Shown: in pieces, positions 50,391-62,000 of the stretch
Numbering within the stretch: position 1 is the stretch's first letter
Layout: each line of letters opens with the position of its first letter
From: Vicugna vicugna
Taxonomy: Eukaryota
Reading direction: 5' to 3'
Assembly: GCA_013265495.1 (NCBI GenBank)
Contig: MU057560.1
Coordinates: 382,753 to 444,752 of the forward strand
DNA length: 62,000 bases
Notes under the pieces: generated by a model
Seen by the model: only the letters and a program-made list of their open reading frames with translations
What the model was told of the DNA's origin: nothing
Databases searched by the model: none
Translations under genes and position numbers: made by a program

Positions 50391-52639
50391 ATAATAAAAT
50401 ACTTTATGCCAGAGACCCTCCCCAGACACCCGAGGTATGCAGAGACGCTAAGAGATCCTGGCAAAGATCTGCACGCCTTAGTGTGGCTTGAAAGCAGCAG
50501 AGTGAATTCGGAGCCTCCAGCCTTCCCCAGAGTAAAGGGAGCCTTGGACTTGCCATGACGAGCAGACAGGAGTCGGGGACCTCTCAGGGCAGTTTCCAGG
50601 GGGCTGTGAGGAGCCCTGGAGGCTGGACATCGCAGCAGGTGCCCACACGGAGGGAAGACGTGGGGCTGGATGTCTCCCCCACCCCAGGCCCCCGGCGGCG
50701 CCTGCACACGCGACGGGAGCTCCATGCCGTGCAGCGCTGCGCTCCGTGTCTGCCTCCACCTCGGAATGGGGCTCAGCGTAGAACCTACCTTGAGCTAAAG
50801 AACAGTAAACAAACTGTACATCCTGGACGTGCAGGTTGAAGTCATCCTCTCTGTGTGTTCACTTTCATGCCATGAGCATCACGTATCCCCTCCGTGTCCT
50901 CGGTGCAAAGCTAGAATCTTTTGAGGGAACGGCTGTGGGCCTGCGGGAGAAGGTGCGGACATGGGGAACTGCCCGAAGTCACCTTGGATTCTGGAAACAA
51001 GTTTAATGTGATGAGATGGAGTTTGAAAGAGTTCTTTATGGCATTTTAAGTTGTCCGCTTAGATAAGGCTTGGTGGCAGAAAAGGCAGCGAGTTGAAGTC
51101 AGCCTCATTCCAGTTTAACTGCATTGAGGTCACAGGTGGAGAGAGCAGAGCCTCCCAGCCTTTCAGGTCAACCACACCATCCTGTTCTCCCACTTTTTTT
51201 TTTTTTAATCAAAAATGTGGTGTCCCAGGCTCTGTGCTTTCACTGTGAGGAATGACCATTCTCAAAACCAGATACTCGTCGCACTGATCCTCGCTTAATG
51301 GACTTGGAAAAGAACTGACGCACTTTTGTATCTAAACGTGGTAAAGATACTTCTGATTGCAGCCACCTCTGCCATAACCGGCTTCGGAAGTCATTCTACA
51401 CAAGGAGAAGTGACTCAGGCTGTAGTGAAACATGGGCCACGTAGACACCAGAATTCGGGTCGGGTTTGCCTATCTTCCAGCTCAATGCTTGTTTGCTTAT
51501 TTTTTTTAATCTCATCTTTTCCTGCCTTGGTTTCCTGACTTCTATCTCCTTTTCTCAAGTTAATTTTTAAGGGTGGAAGTGTCTGCGAGCAATACGAGAG
51601 GCAAGCTGGTTTTGAAGCCCATGAACGTGAAACCACTCCTAATGTGAGTGCTTTCCAACAAAAGCGAGCGGTGCGCTTGCCTTTCTGGTGGGATCCTGTC
51701 TGCACCCCAGACGCCCCAGTGGGACTGGCCCCTCCATCACCTGAGGGCTGGCTGTATCTGCAGAGCCAAGAAAAGTGGCTTCTGCCCTCAGAGTTGATTC
51801 AGAGCAGGAGAACCATTGTAAGGAAATGAAGGGGGGCGACCCCCCTGAAATTTGGGAACTGACACAAGCTGAAATTCCGACCCAACACACAAGCTGCCAG
51901 TCAGACCTGGGCCACACTTGGCCCTTGTCAGGCCTGACCTTGCAGGGTCTCCTGGCAGACTTGCTCCCCTCCCTCTGAGGGAGTCCTCTTGACCCTCTGC
52001 AGACACATCCTCAGCAAAAATGCTCCTGAATATTCATCTCTGTAACATGTGCAAACACACAGCAGACACAGTGCAGGAGGGGCTTTTTCTGGGAGGCCAG
52101 AGTGCAAATACTGCCAGGTGGGGGAGGGGCTGCACTTTGAGAACCGGGTAAAGATGAAGACTGAGGTTTGCAGGGACCGCTGCCCATAAGGGGCGTGGCC
52201 TTCCAGATGCTCCTGCTGACGAAGGCCTGTGGTCAGGGCTTAAGCTCCCTGGTTCGGTGGTTAGTGTAACGTGGTTCACTCCGCACAAGAGGAACGGATC
52301 CCAGGGAGAATTCACACGTCTCCGTGGTGAGTGAAACCGGAGCACCACTGTGGGTAAAGCACGGCCGTGACCGTGACCGTGACCGTGCCGCAGAGCAGTC
52401 GGAGGAGAGTCATGAAATCATGTCCACAGTTACTGCTGGCTGGTGGGGAAATGCGAGTCTCCCTCTATTCCACTATTTTGGGGGATTTCCAAATTTTATA
52501 TCCTAAACATGGCGTCCTTAAAATATATATAGTGCTTAGCTGTTCTTTTTCTGTTTCTGAAAACGGTATGAATTTGAAAATGTTGTCAAGAACAGCTTGA
52601 GTCAAAAACTTCAAACCTTAAGATTTTAAGTCTCAGAAA

Positions 52640-53560
52640 TTGCTATTACTAATCATTACTTATTTCTTTCCAGTCTTTTAATTTATGCAAATATGCACAT
52701 TTACACATGTAGGGACAGATGTGTATATATTTTGTATCACAAAGATAGAATTGTTCTGTATATATCTTGCAAATCTTATGGTTCTTACATGGCTGATACA
52801 TTATCATTAAAATATGCCAAAGACATTCTTCACACAATTTGTCCAGGACAGTGTCTTATTTTTAATTATTGTGTGATAGAACAACAGGAGTGCACGATCG
52901 TAAGTGATTTCAGTCAATTATTTCTATCAGACAATTTATTTCTCTATCACCCTTTCAAATGCAACACTATGATGAATTCCCATTTACAGATGTTTTATAC
53001 TTGTCAGATTGACTTTTTAAGGTACATTCTCGGAAGGAAAATTAATGAATGAGAAAAAAAAAGGTGCATTTTTGAGGCTTCTTAATGTATTGCCAAATTG
53101 TTCTAAAGAATGTTTGTACCATTAAGTTTTTTTAGTTTTAGAGTTTCTGTTACTCCACTTATGCCAACCTCAAGTATTATTATAGTTTTTTGTCTTTGAC
53201 AGACCACCCTGCTGCTGAGTTTTAAGATTTTATACATACCTATATGTATTTATATTATATATATATATGTATTTTAGATAGAGTCCTTGCCATGTATGAA
53301 GTTTGCAAGCATTTTCTCCCAGTGAGTAGCTTGTCATTCCATCCACTTCTCATAGTCTTTCACACAACAAAGTTTTTGATTTAATTGAGGATCAGTTTAT
53401 CATTTTTTTTTATTTTTATGGATTACACCTTCAGTGTTAAGTGTAAGAACTCTGCATAATTCTAAATTTGGCAAATTCTGAAGTTTCTCTTCTACATTTT
53501 CATGTAATGTACCTTTTCACGTGATGTAAATGTTACCGTTTTACGTGAAGCTGTGGCCCA
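52640..53560 (-). mobile_element. Old L1M fragments
   Basis: Reverse L1 words: tattgccaaattgttctaaag...tttgtacc; gtttgcaagcattttctcccagtgagtagcttgtc...caaaagtttttgatttaattgagg. Confidence 0.6.
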
Positions 53561-54339
53561 TCTTCATGCAAGCTGAGCTGAGGAAACCCATTACAGATGG
53601 AGATGCAGGTCCAGTTTCAGGGTTTGTTGCCTGTGGGTGCGCAACTACTCAGTGTTTGATTTTTAAACATGTGCTTTTGCCAACAGTCACGTTGTGGTTA
53701 ATCTTATTCAGCCAATAGCTTTGTAGCGACTTGATTTTGATTCTGCAGGAAAGCTCTCCTCATTTTCTCCCAGTTACTTGACTCACTAAACTCTTGGTCT
53801 CCTTTATGATGTAGCTCATTTGCTTCACTCTTTATATTGTGAAGAGTTCTCAGTCATTTTAAAAACCTTTGTTGGTATTTATATGTATTATTTTGCATCA
53901 CAGTCAGTAAATAGGACCTGTATACGCTTTCTAATTTCTGGAATTTGTAGAATTTGGCTAATGTAAGACAATTAGAAAAATGTCCCATAAATATTTGAAA
54001 CAAAAATACCATGTTCTGCTTTATGCTGCAGATGGTGGTATATTTGCATCAGACCAAACTCATTAACAAAATCGTTCATGCCCTCGCGTGTCAGCCGGGC
54101 ACCAGCCAGCCTGTCTGTACTGGGAACGGTGATCTCTGGTTTCTCTCACGCCAGCTAAGTGGAAGTTAGCTAAGAGGATACACACTATGGAAAAAAGAAA
54201 TTCCCAGGAAAAACAGAATTAAATTGAATACACCTCTCTCACCGTTTCCCTCCACAACCCCACTGCTCTTTGGATTCTGGATGTTTTCTTTCAGGTTTCC
54301 TCGTAAGCAAAGCAATATTTTGGTTGTTATTTTTACTAG

Positions 54340-55012
54340 TAAGGCAGTTTTAGATTCACTAAAACTGCCCCCCACACACACACAGCCTCCCCCGTTATCA
54401 ACATCCCATACCAGACGGTCCATTTGCTGCCACTGATGACCCTACATCAGCACGTCGGAATCACTCCAAGTCCATGCTTTACGTTAGGCTCGTTCTTGCT
54501 GCCGCGCATTCTAAGGGTCTGGACAAATGTATAGTGACGTGTATCCACCAATATGATATCAAGCAGAGTATTTTCATTGCCCTTATGTTCCCGCTTGTAT
54601 CCATCCCTCTGACCCCTGGGCAATGACTGATCTTTGTATTGTCTCCATAGTTTTGCCTTTTTCCAAAATATTATAAACTTGGAATCATGCAGTTCGTGGT
54701 CTGACTGGCTCCATTCCCTCAGTGATACGCAGCGTTCCCGCCATGTCTTCTGTGGCCTGATAGCTGCACATCCTGGAGGGTCCTTGGTGGTGTCAGGTCC
54801 AGATGTCGGTCATGCTAGTACATGTGACATGGTATCTCACTGTTGTTTAATTTACATTTTTCTGATGACACGTGATGTGGGTATTTTTCCATACATTTAC
54901 TTACTTTGCATATATCTTCTTTGGTGACGTGTCTGTTAAAGGTTTTGGCCCATTTTTCAATCAAGTTGTTTTTTTTTTTTCGTATTGTTGAGTTTAAATA
55001 GTTCTTCTTTCA
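54340..55012 (-). mobile_element. L1MC/L1MB-type LINE-1 3' fragment
   Basis: cccgttatcaacatcccataccagacggtccatttg...ggacaaatgtatagtgacgtgtatccacca...ggtatctcactgttgtttaatttacatttttctgatgac. Confidence 0.75.
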
Positions 55013-56742
55013 CTTTTGACATATCAGTTAAGTATACCGCTTTCTCCTCCAAAACCACCATCCACCATTCCCAGCATGAACACACTGGCCCACACCCACA
55101 GCCCACTGAGCACTGGGGGCCAGCAGGTCATTTTGATCGGACTCACATACGTGCAGTCTCTCTCTAAAGTGTATGCTCATCACAAGCCGTACTGGTTCGC
55201 TGTACTTGCCTTCAGTACTATCGCAATCACACAGGTGAATTCAATATTATGTACAGTAATGTTTTGCATGTATGCGAAGTGAGCTTTTGTGACTACGAAT
55301 TTAGCATTAGACGTACTAAGCACAATTGTCAAAAAAAATTCTGTTGAATTAAGTTGCGGCATATTAACTGCCAATGCTTGGGGAAAACCAGAAAATTCTA
55401 GAAAGATACAGATTGTTTCAAAACGATATCCTAGATCTATTCTTGTTAAATAAAAACCAACAGAAAACTGTGCAAGTTACATTCTATTAGTCTATTATCA
55501 AGAAAACAATTACTCTTCCTATTTTTTCTCCTTTCCTTAGTTTTAATCATTATTATTAATAGGATAAAAATATTCCTTTATCTGATGTAACTTCTATTTC
55601 AAAATTCTGCTTCCATCCATCTTTTAATCACAGTAGTAACGAGAGTGTGTTAGCTCCCCGACGCATGTGTGGTTTTCGTTTCATCTCATCTCTTGAACGC
55701 TCAGCATGGCTTTAAGAGTGGATATAGGTTTGGTTTTCAATCTCCCTGATGGATCAATGGAGAATTATGCATCCTCTTTCTCATTCCACAGAGAGAAATG
55801 GATGCATTAGAAGAAAGAATGGCAATCATAGCCAAGTGCTCCTCCTCTGCCTCTCGGGTCTGTGATTCGCCAGTGAGTCTGCCGGCGCGATGTAGAAGTG
55901 GGATGTGCGCCCTCTGTAAATGTTAGCTTCCTTTCTCCCTCTTGCTGTGTGTGCAAGCAGGGTGTCTGTATTTTACGCAGGGGACCAGGAAATACCAGCC
56001 CAGGCCCCTGAGGTGCTAGTGTGCACTTGCTAAAGCAAATGCTCCCTGCTGGAAATAGTCTAAGAGGACAGAGAAAAAGAAAACACATTTGCATAATAAT
56101 GTCAGGATTTTCCCGTAACGTGACCTATAAGGTTAGAAGCCTTTCTATTCAAAATTGGATCAAAGTTATTTGAAATGGAGAGCTATAGGCCGGAGGGAAA
56201 TAGAAGGGGAAAAAGAGAGATGTGAGATCTTGGATGACACAGGGCAACAGAGAGAGAGAAAAAGAAGTCCAAAAAAAGAGGAAGAGAAGAAAACAAAGCC
56301 TTGAGATGCTTAATTTGTTTTTCCTACTGAGTTCAGATCACGGTGGCGGGCTGATGTGTGCGATGGTGCTTATGCGGCTTGTTCACGTTGTGCTGGTGTC
56401 TTTAGGGTGTGAAATTAATAACAGCCTTTGAGAGTATCTGCTGCAGACCCTGCTCTGTGTGGGCAACCGCGGGGAACGCTGTAGGGATGTGGACGCAAAG
56501 GCAGCCTTCCTCCAGAATCACTGGAGGATGATCTGGAACACCCTTCTCACAGCAGCAGGGTTACCGTGAAAGTTAGGACTCGGTGCCAAGCTCAACATCC
56601 ACATCCACCTTCTCAAGAAACAACAAGTATTTGATGAACTACAACGATACGCCTGTGCCTGTTTTATGCAAAACCCCATTTGTTGATACAAAAAGTGTGG
56701 AAACGACAGTTCTTGCCCTCAGGGAGACTTAGTGAATGCTTA

Positions 56743-56772
56743 TTGAATGAATGAATAAATGAATGAATGAAT
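56743..56772 (+). repeat. (GAAT)n tract, probably an L2 3' tail
   Basis: ttgaatgaatgaataaatgaatgaatgaatg read directly. Confidence 0.7.
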
Positions 56773-59700
56773 GGAACTTACATGCGTTTTAAACCCACAA
56801 GTGAATATAGGACCATGAGTTCCATGAGGCAGAGTCCTCGCCTCTCTGGCCTTATTTCCGGTGCCTTAGGACATCCTGGAGAGAGAGGGACAGGGCTCTT
56901 TCTTCGGAGCCTAGCCAGCTACAACATTGGATCCCACCGGAGTGGCTGTCGTGCAGAGGCTGGCATCCTAGGATGCAGGGCCACTCAGCAATTCTTTAAA
57001 GTTTGGCCGCCGAAGTCTCCGTTCTTACACTGTGACTGCCTCATCTCTGTCGAGTAATGCTGACGTCTCCTGGAAGCGAACCAGGAATGCCGTCTCGGGA
57101 GCCATGCGGACCTAGGAGCCCAGAATCTGCATTTTCATATGAGTCTCAGGCACTGAAAATGGAAGCTGATGTCAGAAGCTAAGGGATTAGATTCTTACAA
57201 AATAACTTAGACAAAGGGGTTTAGCCCCAAAGAGGTATTCCTGAGCCCCCTGCCAAAGCACGAGCAATAGCTATAAATTAAGTATTTACTGAGTGAATGG
57301 ATGAGGGAAAAATATTAAAGCACGTGAAAGAATGCCAGGGAGAACACACCACAGTCAGGCTCACCAGGCTCATGCGTGCGCAGATGGTGAGGCCCCAAGC
57401 TGGAAAGACCGGGGCCTCCTTATGCAACTGTATCAGTTCAGTTATCCGCATCCCATTTGCCACAGGAGAGATGGTTTGGAAGTGGTGCCTCTATGTCTAA
57501 AGTCCCCATCAGGAGAAAAGCAGAACTTCTTACTCTTGATGCTAGTTGACTTATTTTTTGCTTTTGCTTTCAAATTCCTGGCCAGAGACTCTGGTTTCCT
57601 GCAGATGTGCCATCCCTGCATTCAGCAGGTGCTTAATCATCGCGCTCTCTCTGTCTCTCTCTCTTTCTCTCTGCTTGTGTACAGTTGAGGTCCCAAAGCA
57701 ATCTGGCCTGTCAGCCGCTCAAGCTACAGCCTGCCCGTCCCTGCAGACAACCTCTGGCTACTTCACAAGAGATGGAGGCAGACGTAGGACCTTCCTGCAG
57801 CCTCTTCCTCTGCGTGGCTCCTCTGTGCGCCAGCTACCAGGTAGATTTAGCCAGTGCATGATTGCTTCTCTCCTGTAGTCTGTGGTCCCCTCCTCCAGGC
57901 CTGGCATTGCTCCAAGAAGGAAAAATGTGTCCCTAGAATAATACAGTCACAAGATGAGTGCCAGAGGGACTTAGTCACACCACAGTCCCATCAGACCTCC
58001 TCGGACAGGAAACGAGGGTGTCGTAAGGAAGGCGCACAGCATCTTGCAGAAGACAGGACTTCCAGGGCCCCGAGAAAGGAAGTAGGTCACGATGCCGGAA
58101 GGAGCTGCCCCACATCAGGGATGTCACAGCAGGACATCCCACCGTCTGCATCTTTGTTTGCAAATGCGAATGACGGGAGGTCTCCTCCCCTGTGGGTAGG
58201 GGTGAGCACAGAAGCCATTCAAAGCTTTTTTTAATGAGTAACTATCCTTTCAAGCATTTCATTTGGGGTTTATATTTGTTACTTTTAATTCTAACTGTGC
58301 TTTCCAAATGCCAGGTAAATAACATGGTTTTAACGACTCCAGGCCATGGTTAAGTGTTCACCATATGCTTTGCATCAGGCAGACTAACCAGAGCCTGAGT
58401 TCCTGCCCTGGGGGTAGCTTGGGAGACCTCACTGTTAACTTTTACTAGGTTTTCATGTTTTTAATCACAGGCAGAAACCCTGGCACAAAAGAACATTTTC
58501 AACTTGCGGAGTATGGACATCCTCTGACGGAAGTCTAAAAATGAGTTTTCTGCCCGTGCTTCCAGTTGCCTGAAAAACTTTTTAAAAAACCTAGTGGCTT
58601 TTAGAGTCAAGAATCTACTGACAGGTCACCCCAGAGCCTGTGAAGTTGGTGATGAGAAGAAGGCACCAACGCTAACCAGGAGAAAATATTGACAAAATAA
58701 TGGTTTAATAATGAGAAACAGTGTGTCACACAGATCACCACACCTTCTCTTACAGGTTGGGACGTGACGTCCGGCAGTGTAAGATGTTGTGTAGGAAAAG
58801 AAGTAATTAACCAAAACACGGATTCACTCTCTGCTTTCTCGTCTTCTCTGCAAAAGGAAAGACATCAAAGGTGGATAAATGCACGTAGCAGGGCCGCTCT
58901 GAGCACCTGCAGAGGGAGATGGTTCACCTGACTCTGCATTGAGAGAGGGTCAGGGCACCCCGGCCTCCTTCTCAGAAAGAGGGATGGAAAGGCAGGCTTA
59001 GATATTTGTACAATTTTTGACTTAGGGCATCACACTGGCACTCTCATTTAAACCCTCTTTTACAGAATATGCAAAATTCATTCATACAGTGTGCGTGCGC
59101 ACACATACACACACACACATACTTTCTTTATTTTAAAAAACCTACATACGTGCACAAGTAAATCACGCATCCCCTACAATAAGACCAGAGTCACAAGTCT
59201 TATTTGTGGCTGGAAATTTCAAAGTGAATAGTACTTTTTTTTTTTTTTGCCTTAGGACCTGTTTGACGGTATAACTGATTGGATCCATTGCAGATTCGCA
59301 GCACGCTCTTTACGATTCTGGTATTTGGAAGAGGTATCAGGCTGACTCCATTGCCTTGTGGGTTTGTCTGTGCGGTTACCTTTTGCGGGACATAATTTGC
59401 CCTTGAGTACGGAAGCTGAACTGTGTTGCCCTCTTCCCTGAGGTAATGGCTTTCCACTGTGTGTGGTGGTTAAACACTCCACATCACTGCACTTGTTTTT
59501 ACCCTGAAGTGTTTTAAATGCCTCCTTGTTACGGTGTGATCACTCACCCATCTTTTCAACAAGTATTTGTCAAACACGCACCAGAGCTGAGGCCCACACT
59601 ACAGTTTATACTAATCAAACTTAACAATAAATAAGTTCTGTCCTTAGGAAGTTGAATAGTATCTATATAAACAGAGCACTGTGATACCGGATAAAAGGCA

Positions 59701-59959
59701 AAGTAGGAAAGGGGCAGTAAGTCCTGTGCACACGGAGAGAAGGAAACGCCTGCTTACAGATTAAACCACGGCGGGCTTCCTGGAGGAGACATGTTGGCTC
59801 TGCTGTTGGCAGGGCTGGAGCATGCAGAGAGGATGGGAGTTAAGTGAAAGATGCTGTGGGACCACAGCAAGAGGAGGTGGTGATGCGTCATTTCCTCCTT
59901 AACTTCACTTCTCATTAGGGCTGGCCCTGTTTCTTGAATCAGATCCCTCACCTTTGAGA

Positions 59960-60195
59960 GGCTCTGTGGCTCAGTGGTTAAGCTCATCAAGGCTAGACAC
60001 AGCCTTTGGCTTAAATCCTGTCCCTTCCCCGTCCCCTGGTGGGTGACCTTAAACAAAGTCTTTAACCTCTTTGTGTCTCAGCTTCCCAGTCTGTAAGCTG
60101 AGGATGCTAGAAATGCCACCTACCTCATGTGGTGATTGTGAGCTCCAGGAGTTTGCATTTACGGAGCAATTAAAGCACGGCTGGTCTACTGAATG
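59960..60195 (+). mobile_element. MIR SINE, near full length
   Basis: ggctcagtggttaagctc...ttaaatcctg...gtgaccttaaacaaagtctttaacctctttgtgtctcagcttcccagtctgtaa...cctacctcatgtggtgattgtgag. Confidence 0.75.
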
Positions 60196-62000
60196 CCAAA
60201 GAAAGTGTCCGTTCTTTTTGCAAGAGATTAGCAGATTTTCAAACATTCTGGTTACCAGGATTTCTACTTTTCTTTCCTTTGTTCTGAAGACAATTTTCAG
60301 CATCTGCCAGAGAACCCAATTTTGTTCTAGAATCTGGAGACGCCTGGGGGACCTGCGGCCACAAACCCCCAGTTGCTTGTGCTCAGACAGGAGCTGCTGC
60401 TTCCTGTTCCACATTCAGGATGGAAAATGAGCACATTGCAGGACTGTGACTCTGTGGAGGAACAAGTAGGGGAGAAGGAGTGGCTTTGAGTATAAGTAGG
60501 AATTTACCAGGCAGACAAGGTACAAAGGGACAGACCCCAGACCTAGGGAAAAAAAAAACACAGTGAAAGGCAGAGGGAACAGCTAACCCGCCTGCTGTAC
60601 TCAGTCAGCACAAGCCGGTTAGAAGACGGTGAAGAACGCATGCAGCCCTGAGGCTGGAGGAAAGGACCAGGACGGGGTGAGGGGGCTGCCTTCTAATGGA
60701 CTGTGAATGCGACCAACAGGACAGAGCTGAGATTTGCCAACAATGCATAACTTGTGCTGAATGTTCCAGTAAATCCAGGGAATAAGATTTAGTTTAAAAT
60801 ATCACATAATGGATCTGGGCTGAATTATTCAGATAATTGTCAGTAAACTTACTTTCCACACACATGGGGCTCACACGGCCCTTCTTCCTTGTCTCCTCCA
60901 AGCCACGGGGGACTCAGTGGAAGGGCGCTTGGGGTTCATGTGCTTGAAGAGCAGATACCTGAAGTGAAATAAACAACTGGGACATTCCTACCAAAATAAG
61001 TGATCATTTAGAAAAATCAGAAGACCTTTTCAAAAATGTATTACTTTATCAATATTTTCCTTTAAAAAATTTAACATATAGGAGTCAAGAAATTTACCCA
61101 CACAATTTGAGCTGGATTAGCAAGAATTTTCCTTAATTCCATTTTTCTTGAGATCTGCACAGGTTCCACCAGGAAACCAACATCTGTCTACCTAAAAATC
61201 TCCAAATAAATATAATGACTCAGTAATTTGATGTTTCCAAATGCCCCTGACTTCCTTGTTGCTTTTCATGGGGTCAGGTGGTCCGCTAAGATCCCATTTC
61301 TCATGGTCCTTCTTTACTTCTGGGCAGTCGTGCTGCTGTTTAAACAACAGAGAGGATCAGCTCGAATCCAGTGGTCGGTCCCCCGGAGATGCGAGGGGTT
61401 CGTAGTGTTTGAAGGAGATTTGCATACTCGGTGAAAATTAATCTTTTCAAAAAATAGTTCAGTGCACAAGCTCTGTCCGAGTAAACATCAGAAATGCTAA
61501 CCCTGTCTTACAAAGGGCAGCCAGATGCAGTCTCTTAGAGGCATATTTTACTGGGTTGAAAGCTGTATTGGGGAGGAAATTCTAAGAGAAGAAACCCAGA
61601 ATTGCCTTTTGTTTCTCAGTTGTATGTTTCTGCTCCTTGAAAATGTGGGGACGTATTCCTGAACAGTTACTCTAGAAATAAAACCATTTCCCCCCGCCCC
61701 AAGACCCACATATAGGTACACCGGGAAAAAATACACTGATGATGTTTATCATCAACTTTAAAACCAGGGGGTGGAAAACTTTACCTAAAGTTATATAGAG
61801 CAAATAATTTCAACTTCAGAAGACGTAAGATCTCTGTCCCAACTACACAATTTTGCCCTTGAAAGTAACCACAGGCCGTACTTAAACAGTCACGCAGGAT
61901 TGAAGATTTGACTGTTATTTTCTGACATCTGGTAAAAAATTTTCTAGATAAGGGCCTTCAGGCATAGTTCTTCCACACATTGCTTTCTATGAAATACTTT

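Noticed and set aside
52364..52387. (CCGTGA)~4 and (TGAGCGCCC)2 at ~25091 short tandem repeats
   Set aside because: Short slippage repeats with no spacers; not CRISPR-like or otherwise structured.
55090..55380. Segment with a DNA-transposon-like appearance
   Set aside because: No terminal inverted repeats or family could be identified by eye.
1..62000. miRNA, snoRNA, snRNA, rRNA, CRISPR or prokaryotic/viral systems
   Set aside because: No recognisable matches by eye, and the sequence is clearly mammalian. An Infernal/Rfam scan would be needed to exclude small RNAs formally.

Overview
Mammalian genomic DNA, very probably camelid (camel, alpaca or llama). This is inferred from three tRNA-derived SINEs starting GGGGAGGGT(A/G)TAGCTCA (Vic-1-like) and from the 3'UTR style of the young LINE-1 copies. 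I could not recognise any host protein-coding gene. The only identifiable ORFs are L1 ORF2 C-terminal remnants, so the window looks intergenic or intronic. It holds four young 5'-truncated L1s (two are clear twin-priming inversions with target-site duplications), an MLT2 solo LTR with its TSD, older L1M, L2, MIR, MER and MLT relics, microsatellites, and several CpG-rich promoter- or enhancer-like patches. The best leads are: a Kozak-flanked 89-codon ORF inside a splice-site-bounded segment (46111-46380); an E2F/GC-box CpG promoter with a downstream donor and exon (27.2-28.4 kb); a set of minus-strand exon-like segments (9.6-17.7 kb); and a GATA/KLF/STAT/ETS motif cluster at 12 kb. All of these are sequence-only hypotheses. 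I found no well-supported novel biological system. Repeat family names come from recall of consensus sequences, not from a database search.
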